This document shows, one piece after another, positions 31,831-42,562 of a stretch of DNA of 64,000 nucleotides; within the stretch, counting starts at the first letter, position 1; the number at the start of each line of letters is the position of its first letter. The stretch lies in assembly GCA_963820525.1 (NCBI GenBank), contig CAWGAA010000001.1, positions 1,309,299-1,373,298 on the forward strand, given 5' to 3'. This stretch comes from an uncultured Spirochaetota bacterium. Its GTDB lineage: Bacteria; Spirochaetota; Spirochaetia; SZUA-6; Fen-1364. A program made the translations under genes and the position numbers. The notes under the pieces were generated by a model. The model saw nothing but the letters and a program-made list of their open reading frames with translations, had not been told where the DNA came from and did not search any database.

Positions 31831-34137
31831 TTAGCGCCCTTCGACCCCGATCTTCTCCGCGAATATCCCCGCCCCCCTCTGCGATTCCCCATCGAGGTAG
31901 GCATGCAGATACCGTCCCCCGCATACCTTCGGCACGTGGATCAGATGCACGATATCCGCGTACTCCTCGAGTGAAGGGTCCAGCGCAGAAATGGAGTTGG
32001 GTGAGCCCAGCAGGAAGCCCTCGCTCAGATAGCTTCCCGGGTTGTCGGGGTACAGCGGCATTACCGCAATGTCCGCCTCCACCAGGTCCTGGAAGAAGTG
32101 GGTGCCGTAGGAGACCTCCGGTGTGTAGCCGTCTCGGGCAAAGGAGATCTCCACCAGGAGCTTCGTGTTGTTGATGTCGGCGTAGCTCACACGCACGCCA
32201 AGGTTGATGTCATTGCTTCCCCAGCGGCCGGGGCCCAGGAGCGCGAAGCGCTTTCCCCCGAGCCTCTGGTTGAGCTGCCCCACGGCCCAGCCGACCTTCG
32301 CCTTCTGCTCGAAGCTTTCCAGCCTGTCGTACGCTCGCGGATCCACGTAGAGGATGTACTCGATGTTCGTCACCAGGCCGCTCGATATCTCGTCCGATGC
32401 GATGAAGAGGGTGTCATCCTTGGACACATCGGCCGGCACATTCACTGCCTCGATCTCGCGACGCGTGGAGAGCGATCGGCACTGGAGGATGTACAGCCTG
32501 CCGTCGTCCCAGGCGAACTCGATGTCGATGGGTCGTCCGTAAGCGGCCTGCACCGTGGAGAGCGACTTTCCTCGCGAGGTGGACGAAGGGCGACTTTGCG
32601 AGGAAGTTCTCGAACGTCAGGCACAGCCTGCCGTTGGACATGTCCTGGGTCTTGAATTGGGGAGCTGAGAGCTCGCCGTCCTTCATAACGGAGGCGGCAA
32701 GCGGGAGATCCGGGTGGCCCGTTTCCCGAGCCAGCGTGGCGAAATCAACGGTCTCGAAGGCGCCCGTTCCAAGGTTGATGGCATCCACCATCTTCTGAGA
32801 GTAGCGGCAGACCTGCTCCGGGGTGGCCTCGGGGCGAAGGAGCGGCTGGCCCAGGGGGATCATCCGCGGGTAGTCCCCCCCCACCCTGTCGACTGCGCGG
32901 GTGCCCAGGCCCAGGACCAGGCGCACCAGGCCGTCGCTCTTCTTGATCCTCCGGTTCCATGTATAGGGGTTGGTGGAGAACATCACCCCCGAGGCAAAGG
33001 GCAGGAAGTGATCGCCAAACCTCCGTCCGACGACCTTCTGCACGATCACGGCCATCTTCTCGTTGTAGTCCAGGAGGCCGTGGTCCCTGCGGTAGAGGAT
33101 GGGATCGGGTCCGTAGATGCTGGCGAACACCTGCTTGACGGCGCGGATGAAGGCGATCAGGCGGCTCTTCACGTCTCCCTGGTTGGCCAGGAACACGGAC
33201 TGGTACTTGCCGGAGAAGGCAAGGCCGAAGCTGTCCTCCAGGTAGCTGGAGGAGCGCACGATGATGGGGTGCTCGCCGATCTCCTCGATGAGCTTGCGAA
33301 ACTCCCCCAGGACGTCGGGGGGAAAGATGCCACTTCGAACATTCCCCCGATCCGCTGGCACTCCTCCTCGATCGCCTCTCTATCCTTGTACTTGTGGGTA
33401 TGGGCGAAGAAGAATTTGTTCCTGTTGATGAAATCCGAGAAGACCCCGGAGGTGATGTACCAGGTGTCCGGCACCGCGATGTACTTCTGAAAATCGGGGT
33501 CCGGGGCGCTCAAGATGGGAAGGAGAATCCGCTGGGCAACAATCATCCCCGCGGACTTGCCGCCCAGCATGCCATGATACGCGATGTGGCCGATTGCGTG
33601 GAGCAGGATGTCGTAGATGTCCCTGATGGTGACGAAGTTTTTTGCGATGCCGACAAAGGGAAGCTGGTTGGAGAGGTAATAGGAGATGAGGGAGACGCGG
33701 ATCCCCTCGGCCTCTTCAGGCGAGATGTAGACCTCTCCCTTGGGAATGTCGCAGAACTCCTTCAAGGCTTTGAAGATCGTTTCAGCCGTGGCGCGGTCGC
33801 TGTTCACCACGTGGCCCAGCTCCTGGCACTTGTCCCGCTTTCTCACCAGGTTGATATAGTTTTCGATCTCCTCGGGCTGAAGCGAGCCCGAAAAAAACAG
33901 GTCGATTGCCGTCTCGAAGTACTCGGCGCGGGTTTCAGCCGAGTCAGGCGCGCCGTCTTCCCGCCTCCAGGCCTCAGCAAGCTCAGCCAGCCCTTCCCGT
34001 GTGACGATCCCCCGCTCCACCAGCACCTGGAGGAAAAGCTCCCTCATCGGGCCCAGGAGCGTGGGGTAGTGCGAGATCTTTCTATAGAGGCTGTACGCCT
34101 TGACGAGGTTGAGGTTTCCCGGAAGGGAAAAAGGCAC
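31831..34137 (-). CDS. PEP/pyruvate-binding (PPDK_N) domain protein, ~768 aa, with two homopolymer frameshifts (near 33317-33322 and 32567-32569)
   Basis: PPDK_N signatures (IIVRSSSYLEDSFGLAFSGKYQSV..., AYGRPIDIEFAWDDGRLYILQCRSL). Reading frame continuity is restored by +/-1 at a G6 run and a T3 run. GTG start at 34135-34137 with an AGGAGG RBS. Confidence 0.65.
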
Positions 34138-34148
34138 TCGTGCCCCTC

Positions 34149-35396
34149 CTATACCCAGCCCCTTGCCTTGCAGGCCTCTGCCACCCTGCTCACGGCGACA
34201 AGGTACGCGGCGTCGCGCATTTTCACCTTCTGGCTCTCGTGCATCGCATATACCGCCTCGAACGCCTTGGTCATCTTCTCGTCCAGCCGCTTGTAGACCA
34301 GCGCAAGGTCCCAATAGAAATTATACGCATTCTGCACCTGCTCGAAGTAGGAGACCGTCACACCCCCCGCGTTGGCCAGGAAATCGGGAATGACGAAGAC
34401 GTTGTTGGAGGCGAGCACGACGTCGGCCTCGGGCGTCGTGGGCCCGTTTGCAAGCTCGCAGACTATCCGCGCCCGGATGCGCGATGCGTTCTTGTCCGTG
34501 ATCACGTTCTCCAGGGCGGCGGGGAAGAGAACCGTCACATCCAGCTCCAGAAGATTCTCGTTCGAGATCTCCTGGGCGCCGGGGAACCCCTTGAGGCTTC
34601 CCGTCTTGATCTTGTAATCCACGGCGGCCTTCGCGTCGATGCCTTTGGGATTGTAGATCCCGCCCTGGGAGTCCGAGGCCGCCACAAGCTTCAAGCCGAG
34701 AAGCTCAGCGCCCAGGATGGCCGCGTATTGGCCCGCGTTGCCGAAGCCCTGGACGGCCATTGGCTTTCCCGCGAGGTCCACGCCGAGCTTCTTCGCGGTC
34801 TCACGAGTCACGCAGATTCCGCCCCGCGCCGTGGCGTCGTGCCTGCCCACCGAGCCGCCGATTGCCAGGGGCTTCCCCGTGATCACGCCGGGCTGGCTCT
34901 CACCCACCACGGTCTCGTACTCGTCCATCATCCAACCCATGATCTGCGGCGTGGTGTAGACGTCGGGAGCCGGGACGTCCTTGGTGGAAGAGAGGAACCG
35001 CCCCACCGCCCTGATGTAAGCACGGGCCAGCCGCTCCTTTTCGTTCGCCGAAAGCTCCTTGGGGTTGCACGTCACCCCGCCCTTGCCTCCCCCCAGGGGA
35101 AGGTCGACCACCGAGGTCTTCCACGTCATCCATGCCGCAAGCGCCCTCACCGTGTCGATCGTCTCTTCGGGATGCCAGCGGAGTCCTCCCTTGGTGGGTC
35201 CCCGGGCGGCGTTGTACTGCACTCGGTAGCCGTGGAACACCCGCATGGATCCGTCGTCCATGCGCACGGGGAAGGTCACCTGAAGCTCGCGCTGGGGCCA
35301 GCGGAGGAGCTGGTGAGTGGCCTCGTCGAGGCCGAGCTTTTCAGCGGCGTCGTCGAGCTGCCTCTGGGCGATCTTGAAGGGATTGAGCTCGGGCAT
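34149..35396 (-). CDS. gdhA: Glutamate dehydrogenase (NAD(P)+), ~415 aa
   Basis: GGGKGG catalytic-region motif ([10 protein letters not shown]), a Rossmann GFGNAG, and an N-terminus typical of GDH. AAGGAGG RBS before ATG 35396. Confidence 0.9.
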   Translation of the reverse strand: MPELNPFKIAQRQLDDAAEKLGLDEATHQLLRWPQRELQVTFPVRMDDGSMRVFHGYRVQYNAARGPTKGGLRWHPEETIDTVRALAAWMTWKTSVVDLPLGGGKGGVTCNPKELSANEKERLARAYIRAVGRFLSSTKDVPAPDVYTTPQIMGWMMDEYETVVGESQPGVITGKPLAIGGSVGRHDATARGGICVTRETAKKLGVDLAGKPMAVQGFGNAGQYAAILGAELLGLKLVAASDSQGGIYNPKGIDAKAAVDYKIKTGSLKGFPGAQEISNENLLELDVTVLFPAALENVITDKNASRIRARIVCELANGPTTPEADVVLASNNVFVIPDFLANAGGVTVSYFEQVQNAYNFYWDLALVYKRLDEKMTKAFEAVYAMHESQKVKMRDAAYLVAVSRVAEACKARGWV

Positions 35397-35539
35397 GGCC
35401 GCACCTCCTTTATGACATTCTTCTTCCAGCATAGTGGAGGCGATATATGCTGGCAAGTGGAAAAAGGGCTCGCGCGGCGGCGCCGCGGCTTCCCCAAAGG
35501 GAGAAGCGCGAGGCTCTCCGGCTCCTTCCCCCGGGCGGC

Positions 35540-36307
35540 TCAGCGACCGCCCATCAAGCCCAGCATCTCTTCGTGAATATGCCCGTTGGAGGCCACGTAG
35601 TCCGTTGCCGCATAGGGAAGCGGCTTTCCGGAAAAGGTCGTGATCCGCCCCCCCGCCTCTTCCACAAGAACGACTCCGGCCGCGAAATCCCACGTCTTGT
35701 CCTGGAACTCCACGACGGCATCGAGTTTCCCCTCAGCCACGTAGGAGAGCGTCCGGGCCGACGAACCGAACATGCGGAAGTTGAACGCCCGGGCGCCAAG
35801 GCTCTGAAGGAAGGCGAGCTTTCCATCCAGGCCGTGCCGCAGATCGGAATCGATGCCGATGCTGCACTCGGCCAGGCTCGCGCGTGATGAAACGCGGATC
35901 CGCCGTGAATTCTTGAAGGCGCCCGAGCCGCGCTCGGCGGCGTACAGGCTTCCCTCCATTGGCATGAAAATCACTCCGGCGTGGTAGGCTCCCCGATACC
36001 GGATCCCTATGGAAACGCCGAAGATGTCGACCCCGCGGACGTAGTTGTGCGTGCCGTCCAGCGGGTCGATCACCCAGACGTACTCCGCCTCGCCGTTGGA
36101 AGCGCCGCCCTCCTCACCCGCGATGCCGTGCCCGGGAAACGAGACGCGAATCCTTTCCGTGATGATCCGTTCCGCTTCGCGGTCCACGTTGGACACCAGG
36201 CTCCCATCGGCCTTGGTGTCGATTCGAAGCACTTCGTCCAGGCGCTCGCGGATGACCGCCCCGGCCTCGCGCGCCGCGTCCATCGCCACATTCATCATTT
36301 CCCGCAT
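35540..36307 (-). CDS. suhB: Inositol monophosphatase family protein (SuhB/IMPase)
   Basis: IMPase motifs [12 protein letters not shown] and WDFAAG. Confidence 0.85.
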   Translation of the reverse strand: MREMMNVAMDAAREAGAVIRERLDEVLRIDTKADGSLVSNVDREAERIITERIRVSFPGHGIAGEEGGASNGEAEYVWVIDPLDGTHNYVRGVDIFGVSIGIRYRGAYHAGVIFMPMEGSLYAAERGSGAFKNSRRIRVSSRASLAECSIGIDSDLRHGLDGKLAFLQSLGARAFNFRMFGSSARTLSYVAEGKLDAVVEFQDKTWDFAAGVVLVEEAGGRITTFSGKPLPYAATDYVASNGHIHEEMLGLMGGR

Positions 36308-36377
36308 TCATGCACTCCCAGGCGGGCAAAAGATAGCGGAAAGCGGCAGGAGGGGCAAGCCAATAGGGCCACAGGTT

Positions 36378-36638
36378 CTATTTCGCGTATATCTCTCGCC
36401 TGTGGCCAACCTTCACGATCAATACGAGAAGCTCCCGATCGCGGACTTGATAGATCACTCGATAGTCGCCAACCCGCACCCTATACAGCTGCTCTTTATC
36501 GGCCAGCTTCTTCACGCCCGTCGGGCGCGGGTTTGAGGCCAGCTCTTCGATGCATTCAAGGATACGGCGTTGAGTTTCTCGGGGGAGTTTCCTGATCTGC
36601 CGTTGGGCGAGCGGGGCGAACTCTACCCGATATTCCAC
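36378..36638 (-). CDS. Type II toxin, RelE/ParE family
   Basis: 86 aa with the RelE/ParE fold signature (...LYRVRVGDYRVIYQVRDRELLVLIVKVGHRREIY). Lies 9 nt downstream of the antitoxin. Confidence 0.8.
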   Translation of the reverse strand: MEYRVEFAPLAQRQIRKLPRETQRRILECIEELASNPRPTGVKKLADKEQLYRVRVGDYRVIYQVRDRELLVLIVKVGHRREIYAK

Positions 36639-36647
36639 AACGCCATC

Positions 36648-36905
36648 CTAGAGGCCAAGATCTCTCTTCAACATTTCCAGAGAGATCGTGCCCTTCTTCG
36701 CCGCCTCCCTCAAAGCCTTCTTCGCGTCCTCGAGGTCCTTTTTATCCTCGAGTGCCTCCAATAGCTCTACGTCTTCGTACGGTACTATGCCGGCGAGTTT
36801 CCTTCCCCGCCTTGTCAGCACGACACGCTCTTTGCCGAAAGCTGCGCGGTTGATGGCGTCGGAAAGGTTCTCCCGCAATTCGACGGTGCTCATATCCTTG
36901 TGCAT
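36648..36905 (-). CDS. Type II antitoxin, Phd/YefM family
   Basis: 85 aa with the Phd/YefM N-terminal pattern (STVELRENLSDAINRA...VVLTRRGRKLAGIV). Confidence 0.8.
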   Translation of the reverse strand: MHKDMSTVELRENLSDAINRAAFGKERVVLTRRGRKLAGIVPYEDVELLEALEDKKDLEDAKKALREAAKKGTISLEMLKRDLGL

Positions 36906-36929
36906 GGTAGTGAATCCCCTTATTTACGA

Positions 36930-36990
36930 AATGTACATTTAGTACACTTTAATGTCAAGTGCTTCCATAGGCCATTGCCCTATTGTGCAA
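36930..36990 (-). promoter_or_regulatory. Toxin-antitoxin promoter with a palindromic operator (AAATGTACATTT overlapping the -10)
   Basis: On the minus strand: TTGACA-N17-TACATT. The perfect 12-bp palindrome AAATGTACATTT lies at ~36939-36950. Confidence 0.5.
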
Positions 36991-37140
36991 CGAGCGCGGC
37001 GGGCTTTAGGGCATGAGTGCCGGCGTTCGGATGCCTTAGTCCAGCGGCGCCAGGCCCCCGAGTGCCGGCGGCCGAAGCGCAGTCGTTTGAGCGCACACGT
37101 CAAGCGTTGGAGCACGTGCCCCGCGCATCCCATCGCTCTT

Positions 37141-37170
37141 GACAACACTGTTATCAGCGTGATATGAAGA
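37141..37170 (+). promoter_or_regulatory. Sigma70-like promoter TTGACA-N18-TGATAT upstream of the secretion/pilus cluster
   Basis: TTGACA at 37141-37146 and TGATAT at ~37165-37170, ~30 nt before the first gene. Confidence 0.45.
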
Positions 37171-37198
37171 ATTGCCAACAAAAGAATAAAGACCTCCT

Positions 37199-37663
37199 AT
37201 GCCCGAATGGATTGAATTTGTATTGTTCCTGCTTTTCGCGATTCCCATCACCTTCTTCGACATCAAGGAGCTCCGGATACCCGACGTTTTGACCTTCGGA
37301 GGGATCCTTCTCTTCATCGCCTTGAAGCTGATTCTCAAGCAGGAGTCTATCGGGGTCCTCTGCCTCGAGTGTGCCGTAGGCTTCGGGGCATTCTGGCTCA
37401 TCCGCCGGATGACACAGGGACGGATGGGGCTGGGAGACGCCAAGTATTCGGCGCTCATCGCCGTTTCCGCCGGCATGTATGCCTGGCTTGCGTCGATCTT
37501 TATCGCGGCCGTCATCGGGCTTCTGGCCGCCGCGCTCCTTATCCTGATAGCGAAAAAAGACCCGAAATCCCGGATTCCCTTCGCTCCCTTCCTTACCCTC
37601 GGAGCCTGCCTTGCCATGGCGTTCAAAGGGTTCTATGGTTTAGCTGCGCACATCATCATATAA
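37199..37663 (+). CDS. Prepilin peptidase, A24 family, short form (154 aa; peptidase domain only)
   Basis: Polytopic membrane protein carrying the catalytic Asp motifs (FFDIKELRIPD, GLGDAKYSAL). Confidence 0.8.
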   Translation: MPEWIEFVLFLLFAIPITFFDIKELRIPDVLTFGGILLFIALKLILKQESIGVLCLECAVGFGAFWLIRRMTQGRMGLGDAKYSALIAVSAGMYAWLASIFIAAVIGLLAAALLILIAKKDPKSRIPFAPFLTLGACLAMAFKGFYGLAAHIII

Positions 37664-37673
37664 GGAATACGAA

Positions 37674-39842
37674 ATGAAGCGCATATTCTCCATCACCGCG
37701 TTGCTCGTTCTCCTTTCGGGCGCCCTCGAGGCGCAGCAGATCAAGGAGATGGAGTTCAAGAACCAGGCCATCACGGATATCCTCCTGGCCTTGGGGGAGA
37801 TGTCTGGCAAGTCCATCGTCCCGGACGAGACGGTGAGCGGCAACGCCTCCTACTACTTCACGGAAACCGACTTCGAGACGGCGCTGAAGATCTTCCTCAC
37901 CACCTATAAGATGTACTTCTGGAAGGACGGAAACATCTATTACGTTTCCAAGGTGCGGGCCGCATGGAACAAGGACACAAACGCCGTGACCCTGGACGCG
38001 GACGAAGTGGAGATCAGGCTCATTGTCCGCGCGCTCTCCAAGGCAATCGGCAAGACCGTGCTCTTCGATTCGCTTCCCCGGGAAAACCTCACCATCCACG
38101 TGGACAACCTGAAGCCCGAGGCAGTGCTGGCCATGCTCATGAAGCGCTTCCCCGACTACCAGGTCGAATCCTCGGCTGACTTCCACTACATCAAGCGGGT
38201 GGACACGGCCGCCAAGCAGGAGACGCGGCCCGGCCAGGCCGCTGCCCTGGTGACCCTCCGCGGCGGCCTCTACACGATCAACGCGGACAAGGCCCGCCTG
38301 AAGGACCTGCTCATGGATCTCTTCAAGAAGGCGGGCTTCGAGTACTCGTTCTTCCTCAGAAGCGACGCCATCGTAGAGAACCTCCATTTCACGGACAAGA
38401 GGTTCGAAGAGATTCTGCGGCTCCTCCTTGAGCAGGCCAACGCGGACTACTCCGTGGAGAACGGGATCTACTACATCTACGAGATCCAGCGCGCGGACGT
38501 GATGAAAAAGCTCAAGACCATCCGCACGGTCCCCCTGAGCTACCTTTCCGTGCAGGACCTGCCCAACCTCTTCCCCCAGGACATGGCCGCACAGAACCTC
38601 TTCCGCCTGGACAAGAACACCAACACGGTGATCCTCTCCGGAAGCCTCGAGGAGATCGGGCCGATCGAGGAGTTCATCAAGAGCCTGGACAAGCCGCTGG
38701 AGAAAAAAAGCTACCACCGTTTCGACCTGAGCTACCTGAAGGTGGCGGACCTCATGAACATGCTGCCGCCGCAGGTAAGCGCCACGAAGCCCGTCGCCCT
38801 GCCGCAGTCCAACTCCTTCGTCATGCTCCTTTCTCCGGAGAACAAGAAGGCGCTGGACGACTACCTCAAGATGGTGGACAGGAAACAGGCCGGCGTGCCG
38901 ATCAAGCTCAAGTACATCCAGGCCGACTACCTCTTGAAGAACCTGCCGCCTTCCGTGGCCAAGGAGGACATCCTGCCCACGGGAGACCAGACTCTCGTAT
39001 TCTACTCCGGCTCCGAGGACAAGCTGCGGCAGTTCCAGAGGGAGCTCGACTCCCTTGACAGGCCCACGCCCCAGATCCGTTACGAGCTTTTAGTGATCGA
39101 GTACACCGGCGGCGAGACTTTCGATTGGAAACTGGGGGTCAAAGGAGGGGCGACCCTCGACAGTACCTCCACCCAGTCCTTCATCGGCGGCATCAGCAAC
39201 ATGCTGAAGCTGAACTTCGACATCGTCTCCGTGTTCGGCTATACATTCGCCGTCAACCTCGACCTTACCCTGAGCAACAACAAGGCAAGCGTGCTTGCGG
39301 ACACTACGGTGAACGGCCTCTCGGGACAGGAGTTGAAGTTCCAAAACACCACCACCTCCCGCTTCCAGCAGTTGGAGAGAAATGTCGATACGGGAGCGCT
39401 GGAGCCCACGGGCGTCACGCGGGAGGTGACCTCCGGTATCATCATCGCGATGAACGGCTGGGTTTCGGGAGACGGGATGATCACGATGAAGGTCTCTTCA
39501 ACAGTATCGAAGCAAATCGCCGGCGAAAGCACCAGCACCGAGCTCGCGGCCCTTCCCGCCACTTCAGAAAAAGTCGTGAGCACAAACGTCAGGACTCCAT
39601 CGGGAAAACCGGTTGTGATAAGCGGGCTGATCCAGCAGGATAAGACTACCACCGTGGACAAGGTGCCGATCCTCGGCGACATACCGCTGTTGGGCCTCCT
39701 GTTCCAGGGCAGACATGACGAGCTTACAAACACGGAGATGGTGATCTACATCCTGCCCCACGTCGAATATCCCGAGCGCCGCGCCGTTGACGAGGCAATC
39801 CAGATCGAGGCCTTGTACAACAAGTTCGTGAAGGCCGAGTGA
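37674..39842 (+). CDS. gspD: Secretin (GspD/PilQ family) with signal peptide
   Basis: N-terminal signal peptide and secretin_N-like repeats. The C-terminal secretin domain ends in the typical VPILGDIPLLGLLF...IYILP. Confidence 0.85.
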   Translation: MKRIFSITALLVLLSGALEAQQIKEMEFKNQAITDILLALGEMSGKSIVPDETVSGNASYYFTETDFETALKIFLTTYKMYFWKDGNIYYVSKVRAAWNKDTNAVTLDADEVEIRLIVRALSKAIGKTVLFDSLPRENLTIHVDNLKPEAVLAMLMKRFPDYQVESSADFHYIKRVDTAAKQETRPGQAAALVTLRGGLYTINADKARLKDLLMDLFKKAGFEYSFFLRSDAIVENLHFTDKRFEEILRLLLEQANADYSVENGIYYIYEIQRADVMKKLKTIRTVPLSYLSVQDLPNLFPQDMAAQNLFRLDKNTNTVILSGSLEEIGPIEEFIKSLDKPLEKKSYHRFDLSYLKVADLMNMLPPQVSATKPVALPQSNSFVMLLSPENKKALDDYLKMVDRKQAGVPIKLKYIQADYLLKNLPPSVAKEDILPTGDQTLVFYSGSEDKLRQFQRELDSLDRPTPQIRYELLVIEYTGGETFDWKLGVKGGATLDSTSTQSFIGGISNMLKLNFDIVSVFGYTFAVNLDLTLSNNKASVLADTTVNGLSGQELKFQNTTTSRFQQLERNVDTGALEPTGVTREVTSGIIIAMNGWVSGDGMITMKVSSTVSKQIAGESTSTELAALPATSEKVVSTNVRTPSGKPVVISGLIQQDKTTTVDKVPILGDIPLLGLLFQGRHDELTNTEMVIYILPHVEYPERRAVDEAIQIEALYNKFVKAE

Positions 39843-39845
39843 GAG

Positions 39846-41357
39846 ATGGGCGACGAATCGGGCCTGGAAAAAGTGAACATTCCCCTGAAGCAGGTGTCCC
39901 TGGCGGACTTCATGCCCCTGCCGGAATCCGAAGACCAGTATCCCCTGGAGTACATCGAAGCCAACTCCGCGATCAAGCTCCGCGAGGATGACGAGGAGGT
40001 GCTGGTCGGGATCTCTGATCCGGCAAACACCGCCATCATCCAGTACCTGAAGAACTTCCACGGAAAGCCGGTGGTGTTCTACAGGATAGATAAGACGGAG
40101 CTTGCCGGCTACCTGGGAAAACGCCTCTCGGTCCTTGAAACCGCGCGTCCCAAGGCCGGCGCAACGGACGACGAGCGGATCCTGCTGGACCGGCTGGCAA
40201 ACGACGCCCCGATCGTGAACCTGGTGAACAGCCTCATGATCGAGGCCATCAGGAAGGGGGCATCAGATATCCACATCGAGAGCTTCTCCGACGACACGCG
40301 CGTGCGCTACAGGATAGACGGCGTGCTGCAGACGGTCGTGAGGCTGGAGAAGGAGAAGTTCCCGGCGGTGGCCTCGCGTATCAAGATCATGGCCAACCTC
40401 AACATCATGGAGCGCAGGCTTCCCCAAGACGGGCGGATCTCGGTTCACCTCGGGGACGGCACCTATGACGTTCGGGTCTCCATTGTCCCCATCGCGGCCG
40501 GGGAGTCCATCGTGCTGCGGCTTTTCAACACCAGCGGCTCGCCCTTGAGCCTGGAGGAGCTGGGGATAGATACCGACAACCTGGCCCTCATGCGCAGGCT
40601 CGTCGCCGTGCCCCACGGGCTGGTGCTCGCCACCGGGCCCACGGGAAGCGGCAAGACCACAACACTGAACGCGCTCTTAAGGGAGCTTGCCTCGGACGAC
40701 GTGAAGATCGTGACGATAGAAGATCCGGTGGAGTACCTCATCCAGGGGGTGGGGCAGATCCAGACCCACGAGAGGATCGGGCTCACCTTCGATTCGCTGC
40801 TGCGTCGCGTGCTCCGCCAGGACCCCGACATCATCATGGTGGGGGAGATCCGCGACACCCCCACCGCCGAGCTTTCCATGCGCGCGGCCCTCACCGGCCA
40901 CCTCGTGCTTTCCACGCTTCATACCAACGACGCCGTGTCAGTCATCCCGCGCCTGAAGAATATGGGGGTGGAGCCCTACCTCCTGGCCGCGGTTTTGCGC
41001 GGGGCCATGGCGCAGAGGCTGGTTCGAAAAATCTGCCGCTCGTGCTCCAGGTCTGTGACAGCCACGGCGGAGGAAAAGGCGTTCTTCAAGCGCTACGGGC
41101 TTTCAGCCTCTCGCCTCCACCGGGGCAAAGGCTGCGACTCCTGCGGCGGCACCGGCTTCAAGGGCCGCATCGCAATCGTTGAGGCATTCTCCTCGGACGA
41201 GATGGTGGAGGAGATGATCCTCAAAGGCGATCGCTCCTCCGCTATCTCCGAATACCTGCAGGCCAAGGGGTTTCCCACGCTCGTCAAGAATGGGCTCTGC
41301 CACGCCCTGGCGGGACTCACGACAGCTGACGAGGTTCAGAAGGCGGTAATGAGCTGA
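39846..41357 (+). CDS. gspE: Type II secretion / type IV pilus assembly ATPase (GspE/PilB family)
   Basis: Walker A GPTGSGKTTT, Asp box, Walker B DIIMVGEIRD, His box, and the tetracysteine motif CRSC...CDSCGGTG. Confidence 0.9.
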   Translation: MGDESGLEKVNIPLKQVSLADFMPLPESEDQYPLEYIEANSAIKLREDDEEVLVGISDPANTAIIQYLKNFHGKPVVFYRIDKTELAGYLGKRLSVLETARPKAGATDDERILLDRLANDAPIVNLVNSLMIEAIRKGASDIHIESFSDDTRVRYRIDGVLQTVVRLEKEKFPAVASRIKIMANLNIMERRLPQDGRISVHLGDGTYDVRVSIVPIAAGESIVLRLFNTSGSPLSLEELGIDTDNLALMRRLVAVPHGLVLATGPTGSGKTTTLNALLRELASDDVKIVTIEDPVEYLIQGVGQIQTHERIGLTFDSLLRRVLRQDPDIIMVGEIRDTPTAELSMRAALTGHLVLSTLHTNDAVSVIPRLKNMGVEPYLLAAVLRGAMAQRLVRKICRSCSRSVTATAEEKAFFKRYGLSASRLHRGKGCDSCGGTGFKGRIAIVEAFSSDEMVEEMILKGDRSSAISEYLQAKGFPTLVKNGLCHALAGLTTADEVQKAVMS

Positions 41358-42562
41358 TGCCCGTGTACATGTGCCGCGTGGCGGATGGCAAAGGAAAGAT
41401 CGAGGAGTTTCTCCGGGAGGCCGCTTCCGAGGAACCGCTGGTGAGGGAGCTTTCGGCCCGAAACCTCTTCGTGCTCTCCATGAAGGAGCTGGCGCAGGGG
41501 GAGGCGGCGGGCAAGACTGGCAGGCGCTTTTCCCGCAAGGTAGTGGGCGAGCTTACGGACCTCTTGAGCCTGATGCTCGGCTCCGGGCTTTCCCTGAAGG
41601 ACTCCCTGGAAGTGGCGCAGTCGGTATCTTCCCGCGGACCGGGCAACGAGATTGTCACCCTTCTGCTGGAAAGGATCAGGAAAGGCTCCAGCTTCGCCGC
41701 GGCGCTGGAGACGACGGGCAACAGCTTTCCCCCGGTGTATCGCGGCATGGTGAAGATCGGAGAGCGGATCGGTTCCCTTGACCAGGTATTCGTCCGGCTC
41801 TGCTCCTACCTCTCGGACGAGAAAAAGCTTCGCGAGCGGTTCAGCGGGGCCCTCCTGTATCCGGCGATCGTCCTGTGCGTGGCCATGATGAGCGCCATCC
41901 TGGTCATCACGGTCCTTTTCCCCCGGATGCGGGAGATTTTTTCCCAACTGGGCCAGGGGATGTCCGCCAAGGTTGATTCACTCATGAGTTCCCTCACCGT
42001 GTCATTCATCACGGCAGGAGTCCTGCTCGCCCTGGGGATCGCGCTCCTGGTGTTTGTGTTTCGGGCGAGGAAGAAGGGAGGCCCGCTTGCGGTGCGCATT
42101 GACTCACTCTCCCTTCGCCTGCCGCTTCTTTCGACTTTTCTCATGCAGCGTGAGCTTCTCAATTTCTCCTTTGCCATGGAAACCCTCACCGCCGCGGGAG
42201 TGAGCGTCGAGGAGGCTCTCTCGGAAGGGGCCGGCGCCGTGGGCAACAATGCGCTGAAGGAGGATATCCTTTCCATCAAGGAAAAAGTCATGAAGGGGGA
42301 GCGACTGTCGGCCGCCTTCTCCAGCAGCACCGTCTTTCCCGCCCGTATCGCGCGGTGGGTGGGCATTGGCGAGAGGGTCGGGCACGTGGAGAAGGTGTTC
42401 GGCCAGCTTCGCGCGTACTATCAGCAGGAGGTGGAGAAATGGATAAACCGGCTCATGACGCTCATCGAACCGGCAATCATCGTAGCCCTTGGAGTTCTTA
42501 TCATCCTCTTCGTGGTGTTTTTCATCATCCCCATTTTCTCTCTCTACGGAAACATCCTGTAG
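41357..42562 (+). CDS. gspF: Inner-membrane platform protein (GspF/PilC family)
   Basis: Two GspF repeats and 3 TM helices. Typical C-terminus PIFSLYGNIL. Confidence 0.85.
   Translation: MPVYMCRVADGKGKIEEFLREAASEEPLVRELSARNLFVLSMKELAQGEAAGKTGRRFSRKVVGELTDLLSLMLGSGLSLKDSLEVAQSVSSRGPGNEIVTLLLERIRKGSSFAAALETTGNSFPPVYRGMVKIGERIGSLDQVFVRLCSYLSDEKKLRERFSGALLYPAIVLCVAMMSAILVITVLFPRMREIFSQLGQGMSAKVDSLMSSLTVSFITAGVLLALGIALLVFVFRARKKGGPLAVRIDSLSLRLPLLSTFLMQRELLNFSFAMETLTAAGVSVEEALSEGAGAVGNNALKEDILSIKEKVMKGERLSAAFSSSTVFPARIARWVGIGERVGHVEKVFGQLRAYYQQEVEKWINRLMTLIEPAIIVALGVLIILFVVFFIIPIFSLYGNIL

Noticed and set aside
34140-35576. 478-aa plus-strand ORF antisense to gdhA
   Set aside because: Antisense artefact.
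37656-38717. 353-aa minus-strand ORF antisense to the secretin gene
   Set aside because: Antisense artefact.
42355-42438. Use of the ORF-track start (42355) for the GspG-like gene
   Set aside because: It would add a further 28 codons overlapping gspF with no RBS. The ATG at 42439 has a strong SD and is the most upstream defensible start.
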